IMG/VR virus record: IMGVR_UViG_3300047382_000771
Coordinates: 32,001-96,000 of that record
Origin: a virus
Taxonomy: Duplodnaviria; Caudoviricetes
Direction: 5' to 3' (one strand)
DNA: 64,000 bases
In this document: positions 18,269 to 27,531 of the stretch, piece after piece
How the letters are laid out: the number at the start of each line of letters is the position of its first letter
Position numbering within the stretch: the first letter of the stretch is position 1
Translations under genes and position numbers: made by a program
Notes under the pieces: model-generated
Told to the model about the DNA's origin: nothing
What the model saw: only the letters and a program-made list of their open reading frames with translations
The model's database searches: none

Positions 18269-18949
18269 TTAAGCGTATAAAGCTCCGCTAAAATCGGCGA
18301 TATCACCAAGATTTTTATACCCAGCCACATCACTGTCATCGTAAAGATGGACTCCACTAACTTTGATTTCGCCAGGAGTAACTGTAAAAGTTGTGGAACT
18401 TGCTGTGTCGGAAGAATCAGCTGTACCAACAACAAATTTAGAATCAGAATGATCCCAGATAAAAACTTGGTTGTCAAAAGAAGAACCTCTGTTAAAAAAG
18501 AAACCAGCGTCATTGGTGTAGCTGGCTCCAGCTCCATCTGAAAGCTCTATAACATTGTCTTCAATCGAGGAGTTGGTTGTGGATAATGTAGTAGTTGTGC
18601 CATTAACCGTAAGGTTGCCCCCAATGACAATGTCATTGGTTACATTTGCAGCGTCAACATAAAGTGTTCCAGCATCATAACTAAAACTGGCAGAATCATT
18701 AGCGAGAACATTGCCAGTTGTAAAAACGATTCCTCCATCTACATCTAAATTTGTACCTTTGAAACTTGCTGATTCAATAAGGGTTCCAGTTAAACCCGCA
18801 GAGAATGTTTGGCCAGCGGTAAAGTTATTTTCCGTAGCAAAAATAGAGGTATTATTATTACTGATAGCATTGCTAATTTCTGTGGAAATTTTATCGTTCG
18901 TTAATTGACCAATCTTGTAAAAGATTGAAGCGGTGTCTGGGTTAGCCAT
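18269..18949 (-). CDS. Putative tail-fibre/virion protein
   Basis: VIGGNLTVNGTTTTLSTTN.SIEDNVIEL..G and AGFFFNRG..VFIWD motifs typical of phage fibres; N-terminus shared with 21646-22485. Confidence 0.65.
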   Translation of the reverse strand: MANPDTASIFYKIGQLTNDKISTEISNAISNNNTSIFATENNFTAGQTFSAGLTGTLIESASFKGTNLDVDGGIVFTTGNVLANDSASFSYDAGTLYVDAANVTNDIVIGGNLTVNGTTTTLSTTNSSIEDNVIELSDGAGASYTNDAGFFFNRGSSFDNQVFIWDHSDSKFVVGTADSSDTASSTTFTVTPGEIKVSGVHLYDDSDVAGYKNLGDIADFSGALYA

Positions 18950-19003
18950 GATAATTAGTTAGTTATTTTTTTGTTTGTTAAAAAAAGGTTAGTTAATAAA
19001 AGG

Positions 19004-19008
19004 TACAC
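19004..19008 (-). promoter_or_regulatory. GTGTA motif, 54 nt upstream of ATG 18949
   Basis: ttGTGTAcctttt in an AT-rich intergenic region; spacing is longer than at the other sites. Confidence 0.45.
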
Positions 19009-19035
19009 AAAAATTTTATTTTTTTTCTTTTTATT

Positions 19036-21546
19036 TTATAAAAGTCCTGGAATTAAATTTGTTTTCTTTTGAATAGAATTAATTTTTACGTTCGCATTTA
19101 ATGAAGTTTCGATTTGAGGTTGAATGTTTGTAACCAAGGATCCAGTATCTAAGGAGAGAGGGTAATCTCCTTGCGCCCCATAAAGTACACTTGCTCCATC
19201 CTTCCTGAATAATCTACCACCAGATATATTTACTGCGGTATTTCCGACGTTCTGAATTTTTACATCCGCAATATTTTGGTCTATTTGATAATTACTTCCA
19301 TCAATCGCTTGCACTACACCAAACCACTTGTCCACCCCATCTGATGTGGTTTGCGAATATACCAAGAAGGCATAAATCTCTTGAACTGTAGCATTACCGT
19401 CAGTCTCACTTAAATCAATACCCATGGGGGTATTAGTGTAGTCGGCAGTGAAGGTGGTTATTAGGCTAGCATCTATACCGTTTGTATTATATATATTGTC
19501 AGGCTGTTGATTTACTTGGAATACAATGCCTGTCGTTGTTGCTACCCCAGTTTGTACAAATGGTAACAGAGCTGTTGGCCCCACTACACATGTCACACGA
19601 AGTCTGACGGTATCTCCTACCGCTATCTGCGATGCAGTATATGTTCCTGAGACATCAATAAATGGATCGGTTGATGAGTACTTGATGTTAACGACTTCTG
19701 CGTCCTTAGTTACATTATAAATCTGCACCCGTGATGTACCCTCTATATTTTTTACTTCCCAGGGGAGAACCGTGGTCGATCCAAATGTACCAATGACTTC
19801 TGCCCCATTACTGAGAGTAGTTGTTCCAGTGGTTGTTATATTTCCAATGTAGGTAGTGGCTTTGATTGTTAAAGTGTTGCCACTTATCGCAAGTACCGAA
19901 CCTGCGCTTGCGTCCACCACCACATCATAAGAGCCCGCATTAATGGTGTTACCATCACGAGAAACCAAGGTATTGGCCTCTCCTGCATAATTATCCGCTA
20001 AGTAAGCCTTTGCCCTGTTGTAGAACTTCTCAGGCGTATCGATTACTGAGTACGCATCCGTAGTTGCTCTTGTGTCAGTAATTAGTGCATCGTCAAATAA
20101 TACCCAATCAACTGCGAGTTCTCCTAATCCTTTAAGTGCTTGTGTTGAGGTGGACAATGAGTGCCCATAAGAGCAAAACTTAAATGTGAAATCGTCTGCG
20201 TTAGAATTGGAATCAGACCTTCTGTCTACACGATAAAAGCCCCCAAAGTTAGCAGTGTCCCAGTCTGAGTAAGATGGTTGTGCGTTATTGGTACTACTTA
20301 CTCTCCATCTCCCACCCGATAAATGTATTCCATATTCAGTAGCACCATCAGAGTCATTAGTGGTGTACTCATGGACTTGCACTCCAGTCAGAACTTCAAA
20401 TTTAGCTATATCACCACTAGCATCTGTAGTCTTATTGTAAATCTCTGAGGTGCTATAATCATAAATCATGTCACCATTCGCATCTACAACTCCTCTGGTA
20501 ATTGGCGAGTCTCCAGATGCAGTGTATCCATTGACAGTATCAAACGCCTTACTCTTAACAAATGTTGCATTCTTTGCGTATGCGGATGGGTTGTCTTCAA
20601 GGTATAATTTTACCCCCTCAATTGCAGTTCCGCTTGCATTCTTAATATTAAATGAAACTTCTTTTTTTGTAACAACTACACCTCTTTGCCCAGTTGAACC
20701 TCTTGTGTCCCTCCACATCTTAACAATGTCACTACCAGTTGCAGAATTTATAACTTCGTATTCACGATGGCATTGATTATTTTGCCCATCTGAACCAATG
20801 TCGTAATCATTAATATTCTGCGAAACATCAAATTCTCGCAATGTGTGATATGAAATTACACCTTGGTTGATGACCTCGCCAATAGACGAGTTTGCAAAAT
20901 TAAATGTCGCACTAAATGCAGGAAGTAAAACTGCAACCCCATCAAATGTTCCATTAAATGAACCATTGGCATTACCGAATGGATTTCTCCACTCTAGTGA
21001 TGATGTTGTGCCTCGCCAAGTAGTGCCAATGACATCTAGGGTCATAGAACCAGTGCATGGTCTACCAGTCAGAATAACTCCACCTCTACCAACGAAAGTA
21101 GAACCTCCACCTCCACCTCCCATACAAGCATCACTTGGATGCCAGTTAGAAATCCTAGCTCCTGCAAAGATTAAACCTGTGCTTTTAGAATTAGTAGATG
21201 TACCTCTAGTTGCATTGGTTCTAGTAGTCCCGTAGTAATAATAAGCTGGATTCGCATTCGTCCCGCTAATACTTATAGCGTTTGTTGCATCAGCATTTGA
21301 TAGCCCTGCATTCGTGTGCCGAAGGATAAGTATCTCAGTATCTGGATTATGATACAATGTGCCTTTGATGACTATCTTTACTGTAGGTGCAATTTCGTAA
21401 ACATCTATATGGCTTTCATTTATGTAATGAGTTACGCCTGTTAATCCGATTAACCCACTAAGGTCATTCTCAGTTGTTCCTGATGTTAACTCTAAAATAT
21501 TTCTATTACCCGATGAGTGGGTGGAAGCTTTGTAAGTCCAGGCCAT
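19036..21546 (-). CDS. Hypothetical beta-rich virion/tail protein (836 aa)
   Basis: Long T/S/G-rich ORF inside the structural block; no catalytic motif recognised. Confidence 0.55.
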   Translation of the reverse strand: MAWTYKASTHSSGNRNILELTSGTTENDLSGLIGLTGVTHYINESHIDVYEIAPTVKIVIKGTLYHNPDTEILILRHTNAGLSNADATNAISISGTNANPAYYYYGTTRTNATRGTSTNSKSTGLIFAGARISNWHPSDACMGGGGGGSTFVGRGGVILTGRPCTGSMTLDVIGTTWRGTTSSLEWRNPFGNANGSFNGTFDGVAVLLPAFSATFNFANSSIGEVINQGVISYHTLREFDVSQNINDYDIGSDGQNNQCHREYEVINSATGSDIVKMWRDTRGSTGQRGVVVTKKEVSFNIKNASGTAIEGVKLYLEDNPSAYAKNATFVKSKAFDTVNGYTASGDSPITRGVVDANGDMIYDYSTSEIYNKTTDASGDIAKFEVLTGVQVHEYTTNDSDGATEYGIHLSGGRWRVSSTNNAQPSYSDWDTANFGGFYRVDRRSDSNSNADDFTFKFCSYGHSLSTSTQALKGLGELAVDWVLFDDALITDTRATTDAYSVIDTPEKFYNRAKAYLADNYAGEANTLVSRDGNTINAGSYDVVVDASAGSVLAISGNTLTIKATTYIGNITTTGTTTLSNGAEVIGTFGSTTVLPWEVKNIEGTSRVQIYNVTKDAEVVNIKYSSTDPFIDVSGTYTASQIAVGDTVRLRVTCVVGPTALLPFVQTGVATTTGIVFQVNQQPDNIYNTNGIDASLITTFTADYTNTPMGIDLSETDGNATVQEIYAFLVYSQTTSDGVDKWFGVVQAIDGSNYQIDQNIADVKIQNVGNTAVNISGGRLFRKDGASVLYGAQGDYPLSLDTGSLVTNIQPQIETSLNANVKINSIQKKTNLIPGLL

Positions 21547-21620
21547 TATGCGTAATCCTTTGTAATAGATGAGACATTACCATCCCCATCGTATGCTATT
21601 GTTTTAAAAATTAAATTCAT
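21546..21620 (-). CDS. 24-aa mini-ORF MNLIFKTIAYDGDGNVSSITKDYA, resembling the C-terminus of the upstream gene
   Basis: Manual translation. Its TAA overlaps the ATG of 19036-21546 (TAATG). Similar to ...LTKQLVYNVDGNLKTVTRTYA of 21646-22485. Confidence 0.55.
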   Translation of the reverse strand: MNLIFKTIAYDGDGNVSSITKDYA

Positions 21621-21637
21621 AATCAACTTATATTATA

Positions 21638-21642
21638 TACAC
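21638..21642 (-). promoter_or_regulatory. GTGTA motif, 17 nt upstream of the mini-ORF ATG 21620
   Basis: atGTGTAtataatataagttgattATG. Confidence 0.6.
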
Positions 21643-21645
21643 ATA

Positions 21646-22485
21646 TTACGCATATGTTCTAGTAACTGTTTTGAGGTTCCCATCCACATTATAAACTAAT
21701 TGTTTTGTTAGTGTGGCCCCCGTTACAACATCGGTGATTAATATTTGTGTTAAATCACCGCTGGTGTACGTAAATGCTTTGGTGAAAAGCTTTGTGGTTT
21801 TGGTGTTGTTCAACCAAACATCTATAGTGTCCACATCACCATCAACAGTATATGAAATTTCGTGGTAATATGTGGATAACCGAGATTTATAATCAAGATC
21901 AATTAAATTAGTACCTGGCTCACTAAAGCGAGTGGGACCATTGGGTAGATGATCTTTGAGGATGGCGGCAGTATCGCTACCCTCCTCTGACACAGTTAAA
22001 TTAACTGAAGAGAAATTGACAACTTGGGGTGTAGAATGGTTATAGTCTGTATAAAGAGTGGCACCCGAAGCTGCACTTGGGATAGAGTTAGGTTCATTTT
22101 CATCAGTTACATAGTACAATATATCATCATGAACGATGAACTCATTAGCAGCAGGAGTGTCGCCAGCACTAGCGACTCGAGTTAATGCGGCAGCTTCTGT
22201 TTCGTCAACTATGTCAAACTTTATAACACTAATGTTTTGAGTATTATCACTAGCATCAACGGATGCAAGAAAGTTGCCAGCAACCGTAATTGTTAAAACG
22301 GTGATATCTGTAAGGTCTACTAATGGATATATGTCAACTGAAACTGTAGCGTCTGTAGGAAGACCTGCTGTGCCGCCTCCGCCACCTCCGCCGCCTGTAA
22401 CAGCGTTAGCAACTTCCGATGCAATTTTTTGCTTGGTTAGTTGCCCGATTTTATAAAAAATAGAATTTGTATCTGGATTTGGCAT
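21646..22485 (-). CDS. Putative virion protein with an NPDTxSIFYKIGQLT N-terminus and a C-terminal YD-like repeat
   Basis: N-terminal ~28 aa shared with 18269-18949, then a poly-Gly linker; SYTVDGD / TYTSGD / VYNVDGN repeats. Confidence 0.55.
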   Translation of the reverse strand: MPNPDTNSIFYKIGQLTKQKIASEVANAVTGGGGGGGGTAGLPTDATVSVDIYPLVDLTDITVLTITVAGNFLASVDASDNTQNISVIKFDIVDETEAAALTRVASAGDTPAANEFIVHDDILYYVTDENEPNSIPSAASGATLYTDYNHSTPQVVNFSSVNLTVSEEGSDTAAILKDHLPNGPTRFSEPGTNLIDLDYKSRLSTYYHEISYTVDGDVDTIDVWLNNTKTTKLFTKAFTYTSGDLTQILITDVVTGATLTKQLVYNVDGNLKTVTRTYA

Positions 22486-22491
22486 CAGTAT

Positions 22492-22519
22492 ATTATAATA
22501 TTAATTATGTTTTTGTAAA
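22492..22519 (-). promoter_or_regulatory. Possible sigma70-type promoter, leaderless
   Basis: TTTACA (22519-22514), 16 nt, TATAAT (22497-22492), 6 nt, ATG 22485. Confidence 0.4.
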
Positions 22520-23308
22520 GTATGCCGTCACTAATTTTTCACCGTGCATAGTTACGGTTGTTGTTGAAGAAAATGAGTCAGCTATGTTTTCTCCAGACCA
22601 GTGATTGAATGAATATCCAGGTAGGGCAGAAGCAGATATGTTGGCGGTGGAGCCACTAAGGTAAAGATTAGATGAGTCGGAGACTGACGCAAGTCCCCCT
22701 TTTCTTGCTGTAGTAATCAGCCTAAACTCGTACTCAAACTGATTACCTGTTATGCCATCATTAAAATGTTCAATCATTCTATTATCGAGAGATTGAGCTG
22801 AGAACAAAGCATATTCTAATGCATCGTCTTTAGTTTTAATGTGGTCAGGATATAATGAGCCGTCATGAGTAAACGCAGTATCAGCTTCAGATGATTGAGA
22901 TATTTCATTTGAAATATAATTAGCTATAGTTACTCCTTGCACTCTCAAATCTCCCTCGACAGCAAGGCCAGCTCCGCCAATCATAATTCCAGAAGTAGGA
23001 TCGTCAGATATACTACTACCTCCTATGTATATGGTGTCTGGATTAAAGTAAGCATCTCCAGTAACATATAGGTCATTATTTAATCGTACATCCCCATTAA
23101 AATAAGATTGGCCCTGGACTGAAAGATATCCATTAATATCAGCATTTGTAATCCCGTGACCTACTAAAGTACTAGGTATAGAAGCTAAATCACTAAAAGA
23201 AATAGTGTCAGGCACAGCATCCCAGCTAGTACCGTTCCAGATATAGTTCCTTCCTGCTTGGCTTACAGTGTCATTTAAGGATGGGTTTGATGGAAATTGT
23301 ATGGCCAT
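22505..23308 (-). CDS. Putative tail-fibre-associated protein with one C-terminal InlB B-repeat-like domain
   Basis: MAIQFPSNP.LND...YIWNGTSW phage motif; C-terminal ISASALPGYSFNHWSG...TTTVTM..VTAYF. Confidence 0.6.
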   Translation of the reverse strand: MAIQFPSNPSLNDTVSQAGRNYIWNGTSWDAVPDTISFSDLASIPSTLVGHGITNADINGYLSVQGQSYFNGDVRLNNDLYVTGDAYFNPDTIYIGGSSISDDPTSGIMIGGAGLAVEGDLRVQGVTIANYISNEISQSSEADTAFTHDGSLYPDHIKTKDDALEYALFSAQSLDNRMIEHFNDGITGNQFEYEFRLITTARKGGLASVSDSSNLYLSGSTANISASALPGYSFNHWSGENIADSFSSTTTVTMHGEKLVTAYFTKT

Positions 23309-23318
23309 TGTTATAGAT

Positions 23319-23323
23319 TACAC
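23319..23323 (-). promoter_or_regulatory. GTGTA motif, 10 nt upstream of ATG 23308
   Basis: aaGTGTAatctataacaATG. Confidence 0.7.
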
Positions 23324-23351
23324 TTATTTAATTGTTTTTATATTAATAGTT

Positions 23352-24836
23352 CTAAGTTATCTGAGAATTATCTGTAGTCCTATACCAGGAGCCATTATAA
23401 TGGTATGCCATAACCTGCGTATTTGTAGTGGAACCGTCTATGACTAGAGCTAGGGTTCCATCTTTAATAGAGGTAGGTAAATCTAATTTATTATAAACAA
23501 GAGGGGTGGATACTGTTTTAATTTCATCTTGCAATAAAGTAATATCGTCAGACAGGGATATAAAATTAGCTAAAGATTCCCCGCTGACCGTTATTAAGTC
23601 ATCGGCGGCTGCACCAATAGTCCCATCAACTATCGAGTCTGATAACTGCTGTAAATCGTCTGATAAAGCTATGAAATTAGCTAAAGCTTCCCCACTAACA
23701 TTAATCAAATCAGATGTAGCGGCCCCAATACTTCCATCAGAAACAGCTCCCGATAGTGCATCCAAGCTATTAGATAATGAAGCTATGCTAGCCACAGACC
23801 TGCCACTAAGAGAGTCGAGCCCTGATTCAATTCCGTACTGTTGGTCTAAAATTTGACCAAAAGTAGCTATTGTTCTACCGCTGAAATTTTCGAGACTATT
23901 ATCTACCTCGTAGATGTCTCCAATTAATTTACCAAAAGAAGCTACCGATCTACCGCTTAAAGAATCTAGATTATTGTCTAAATCGTATATGTCATTTTGG
24001 AGTAGCCCAAATGTAGAAACCGTTCTACCGCTTAAATAGTAAAAAGCATCATCAATGTCAATATATTCATCAAGATCGTTTTTAATATATACATTGTCTG
24101 CATAAAATTCTTTACCACTTATATCTCCTTGGACCGTGTAATCTAAAACTTCCGTTACATGAGTTTTACCTGTTACATATAAGTCTCCAGAAATATAAAC
24201 ATTTTCAGCATAGAACTCGTCAAACTTTCCACTAGCACCACTTGTGATTCCTAAATCATAGTTATAAATATAATTGGGTACGCCAGCTAATCTGTCACCA
24301 CTATTGAATTGAACATGGTAATCTTCGCCTGCGGCATAATCACGGGGTTGACCCAAGTATGCAATTTGTAACCAATCAGTATCATTATTGTCGCCTGTTT
24401 TTTCGTAAATATCGCTTGTAGATAGATCTAAAAAATGTGCCCCTCTAATACCTGCAGCCTTATCGCTTTTCCCTACACCAGTAGGAGGAGCAAAATCCCA
24501 AATAAGGGGTTTTCTATTGCCCAAGTTAGCACTAACAAAATCTTCAAAAGGTAAATTAGCACCGCCACCTGCGCCTCCTTGGCCAACTTGAATTGTTGTG
24601 TTTACCCACTTAGAGCCATCGTAAACTAAGACTTCCCCAGGAGAGGCATTAAGTGCATCTACATTACCTATTTGGTTAATCGAGTTAACAGATGGGCTAC
24701 CTGCTGGAAAAGCATCCACCCATTGTTCGCTATCACCGTCACCGTAATATATTTTTAGTTTACCAGCATCACTCTCCCACCAAAGATCTCCTGTTTGGGG
24801 GGTTAGGGGTGCATCATCTTGAATAGAAATAGCCAT
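23352..24836 (-). CDS. Putative tail fibre with coiled-coil repeats
   Basis: GDLWWESDAGKLKIYYGDGDSEQWVDA motif; four 25-aa-period (L/F)SGR(T/S)VA repeats; two 36-aa DG.IGAA..DLI.VSGE.LANFI.LSDD repeats. Confidence 0.65.
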   Translation of the reverse strand: MAISIQDDAPLTPQTGDLWWESDAGKLKIYYGDGDSEQWVDAFPAGSPSVNSINQIGNVDALNASPGEVLVYDGSKWVNTTIQVGQGGAGGGANLPFEDFVSANLGNRKPLIWDFAPPTGVGKSDKAAGIRGAHFLDLSTSDIYEKTGDNNDTDWLQIAYLGQPRDYAAGEDYHVQFNSGDRLAGVPNYIYNYDLGITSGASGKFDEFYAENVYISGDLYVTGKTHVTEVLDYTVQGDISGKEFYADNVYIKNDLDEYIDIDDAFYYLSGRTVSTFGLLQNDIYDLDNNLDSLSGRSVASFGKLIGDIYEVDNSLENFSGRTIATFGQILDQQYGIESGLDSLSGRSVASIASLSNSLDALSGAVSDGSIGAATSDLINVSGEALANFIALSDDLQQLSDSIVDGTIGAAADDLITVSGESLANFISLSDDITLLQDEIKTVSTPLVYNKLDLPTSIKDGTLALVIDGSTTNTQVMAYHYNGSWYRTTDNSQIT

Positions 24837-27529
24837 TATAATTCAGATATTAAGTATTTTGCTGGTGTACTAGTGTCAGCATTTGCGGCCCTAGATAAAA
24901 AATCAAGGTTGAAAAAGAATGATCCTGTGCTAGATATTAAACCATCTCCAGAGCAAATAGTAAATCCATCATCAATATCCATTCTGATTGAAATTTCAGG
25001 GCCAACGGTTTGTGACGGATCTCTGTAATAATAGTCCGTTCCCCCATTTGGCCCCGCCCCAGCTTCACTTAAGTTTTCCATTGATACATTCAAGGGGTTT
25101 GTAACTGTTGTACCTATGTCGCCCAATCCTTGAAGTAAGGAGTGCGGATGTACTGAGATTGTTCTCTCTGTGAATCCAGAAATTTGATAAGAGGTTGGTG
25201 TGGATGTGAAAGTTTCTACTCCAGCTAAGTTTTTCCCGCTTGCTGTAAAATCAAAAACGCCTTTAAGGTCTGAATCTTTAACAAGTATTTCAAAATTATT
25301 ATCAGTTAGGGATGTTCCTTGAGATTTTTGAATTAAAATTGATTGAGGGGATTGATCTGGACTTAATTCCAGTGAAGGATTTTCGTACATTTCTTGGTCT
25401 GATTCCAATGAGAAAGTATAATTTTCACCATTTAGCGAGCTTACTAGGGCACTTGGTAGGTTGATGGAAAACTCTATAGGTTTGGAAGCAATATTAACTA
25501 CAAAAGAATCTTCTAGAACCAAGCCATTAGTTGTTTTAGTTAATAGAACCTTAACATTTGGTACACTTATATTGTAAGTAGAAGGGTTAATGCAATTAAT
25601 AACTTTTAAGTCAAAATCTACACCTGGGTCAGGAATGTCTAAGTCCCCATCAATAGATGTATATAAAATATTATCAAAATTAGATGTTGAAACATTAACA
25701 GCACAGCTATCACCTGGCCCCAAAGCAAGATTAGGTAAAATGTAGGATATATTATTTAATGTAAAAGATGGGCCAATTTGATCTAGATTAGCTGTATTAC
25801 TTGATGTTGTTGTGTCTGAAAGTGTATTGTGGGTATTTTTAGCAACCATAGTCACAGACTGCACCCCAGTTCTAGTAGAAGAAACCGTTACGGGTACATT
25901 AACTACATATATGTCATTGCCATTATCAGTAACTAATGTTGGGTCAGAAGTATAACTGTTGGTAAAAGCTGTTTGGCTACCGTCAGAAATACCACTGTCC
26001 TCAACAGAGATTTGAATAGAGTCTATACTGACTCCTTGGGTATCTATAGTAGTAGATACATGCACCGTGTCTCCAGCCTTAAGATCTGCGGTACCCACTA
26101 AGTGTGGGCTGACCGACTGTACTGCTGGTAAAGTGATTTCACAATCAGTAATAGATGGACCGTTAGCTATTTTTATAGTTGTTTCTTTAGAGTCCGTAGC
26201 TCCATTAAACCGTCTTGCTGAGGATAGTCTCAGATTAGGAGATTCATTAAATATGCCAGCTGAATAAGAAACTGTTTTAGGATCTTGATATATATCTAAG
26301 CCTAAAACTAATATATCAGTAGCATTAACTTGTAGATTTAAATATTCCACAGTATCGCCATCGTTTGAATCCCAGTTTAATATAGAGTGAACTACATCAA
26401 TGCTTTCACCTTCTCTTAAGCCGTCTGATCTTCCGTTGTAATCAGTAATTGGCTGAAATATAATATCAGGATACAGTTGATCTAATAAACGAGTTGAATT
26501 TACCCCTGGAAAATTGTCAGCAGTAGATTGGGTAGTGCCTGTAGTTCCAAGGTTACTAATTGACCTAATTGAAACACCAAGATCCCCAACCCTGTCCGAA
26601 ACTGTCACTGGTATAGTCGCCCTTTTTATCCCTGCGCCCATCTCTATCAACGGGTAAGAAGTAAAATCTATGTGCTCAGCTAAACCTTCGTCAAAAACTT
26701 CTATACCTGAAGGTTCTTGAAGGACATCGTGGTATAAATTAAAATCATAATCTACAAAAATATTTATAATATCTCCATGTTTTAATGCAGATTCGCCAAG
26801 ATTTTCTCCAGGCCTTGGTGTTGCAAGAGCTATATCATCTATAAAAATATTAGTAGCAGTAGGTCCTGGACCCATTTCGATTACATCAATATAACCAGAG
26901 GATTTTAAAATATATGGATCTCTACCATTTTCAGCGTTCCATGCAACTTCATTTCTGCCACTAATTATGCCTGTCCTTGGATAAAATGCTTCACTAGAAG
27001 AGCCATTAATTCCGTCGATGGTTCCTTCAAACCTCCTAGACATTTCACCAAACTCTGTAATATTTGATAGCGGAATAACGCTCTCTTGTATGTAGCCAGT
27101 ACCTATATAATCACTAAATGTTCCATCCCATCTAGATGAAACTTGCAGTGAATTAGCTGTGTTAACATAAATTCCTGACAAAACGGTATTTGGTGTCGGG
27201 GTATGGTCGTAGTAAATCGGTATAATTGGACCTTGATCATTTTTTACATCATGTATGAAATAGTGGGTTTGCTGTAATGCTGCAAATCCAGATCTAAATT
27301 CATCACGATTATCCATAGCGATACCGCTAACAATATCGATTTTATTTTCTAAAATTTGTCCTGTAGCAACTAGCTGGCCAGAGAGATCTCCAATTTGACC
27401 AGTGATTGGGCCAATGACACCAGAATATGGGATTTGGTAATTATTAGCCTGAGTAGCTACAACAAACCTGTGATCTCCAATGGGTTCCGTTAACGGAAGA
27501 TCTGTGATTTTCCTATTAGGAGTAGCCAT
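24836..27529 (-). CDS. Putative tail/baseplate-associated protein with duplicated Ig-like blocks
   Basis: RKITDLP N-terminus; an internal duplication of about 220 aa (ALKHGDIINI / DLKAGDTVHV; IPVTVS / VPVTVS; LDQLYP / LDQIGP). Confidence 0.55.
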   Translation of the reverse strand: MATPNRKITDLPLTEPIGDHRFVVATQANNYQIPYSGVIGPITGQIGDLSGQLVATGQILENKIDIVSGIAMDNRDEFRSGFAALQQTHYFIHDVKNDQGPIIPIYYDHTPTPNTVLSGIYVNTANSLQVSSRWDGTFSDYIGTGYIQESVIPLSNITEFGEMSRRFEGTIDGINGSSSEAFYPRTGIISGRNEVAWNAENGRDPYILKSSGYIDVIEMGPGPTATNIFIDDIALATPRPGENLGESALKHGDIINIFVDYDFNLYHDVLQEPSGIEVFDEGLAEHIDFTSYPLIEMGAGIKRATIPVTVSDRVGDLGVSIRSISNLGTTGTTQSTADNFPGVNSTRLLDQLYPDIIFQPITDYNGRSDGLREGESIDVVHSILNWDSNDGDTVEYLNLQVNATDILVLGLDIYQDPKTVSYSAGIFNESPNLRLSSARRFNGATDSKETTIKIANGPSITDCEITLPAVQSVSPHLVGTADLKAGDTVHVSTTIDTQGVSIDSIQISVEDSGISDGSQTAFTNSYTSDPTLVTDNGNDIYVVNVPVTVSSTRTGVQSVTMVAKNTHNTLSDTTTSSNTANLDQIGPSFTLNNISYILPNLALGPGDSCAVNVSTSNFDNILYTSIDGDLDIPDPGVDFDLKVINCINPSTYNISVPNVKVLLTKTTNGLVLEDSFVVNIASKPIEFSINLPSALVSSLNGENYTFSLESDQEMYENPSLELSPDQSPQSILIQKSQGTSLTDNNFEILVKDSDLKGVFDFTASGKNLAGVETFTSTPTSYQISGFTERTISVHPHSLLQGLGDIGTTVTNPLNVSMENLSEAGAGPNGGTDYYYRDPSQTVGPEISIRMDIDDGFTICSGDGLISSTGSFFFNLDFLSRAANADTSTPAKYLISEL

Positions 27530-27531
27530 GA

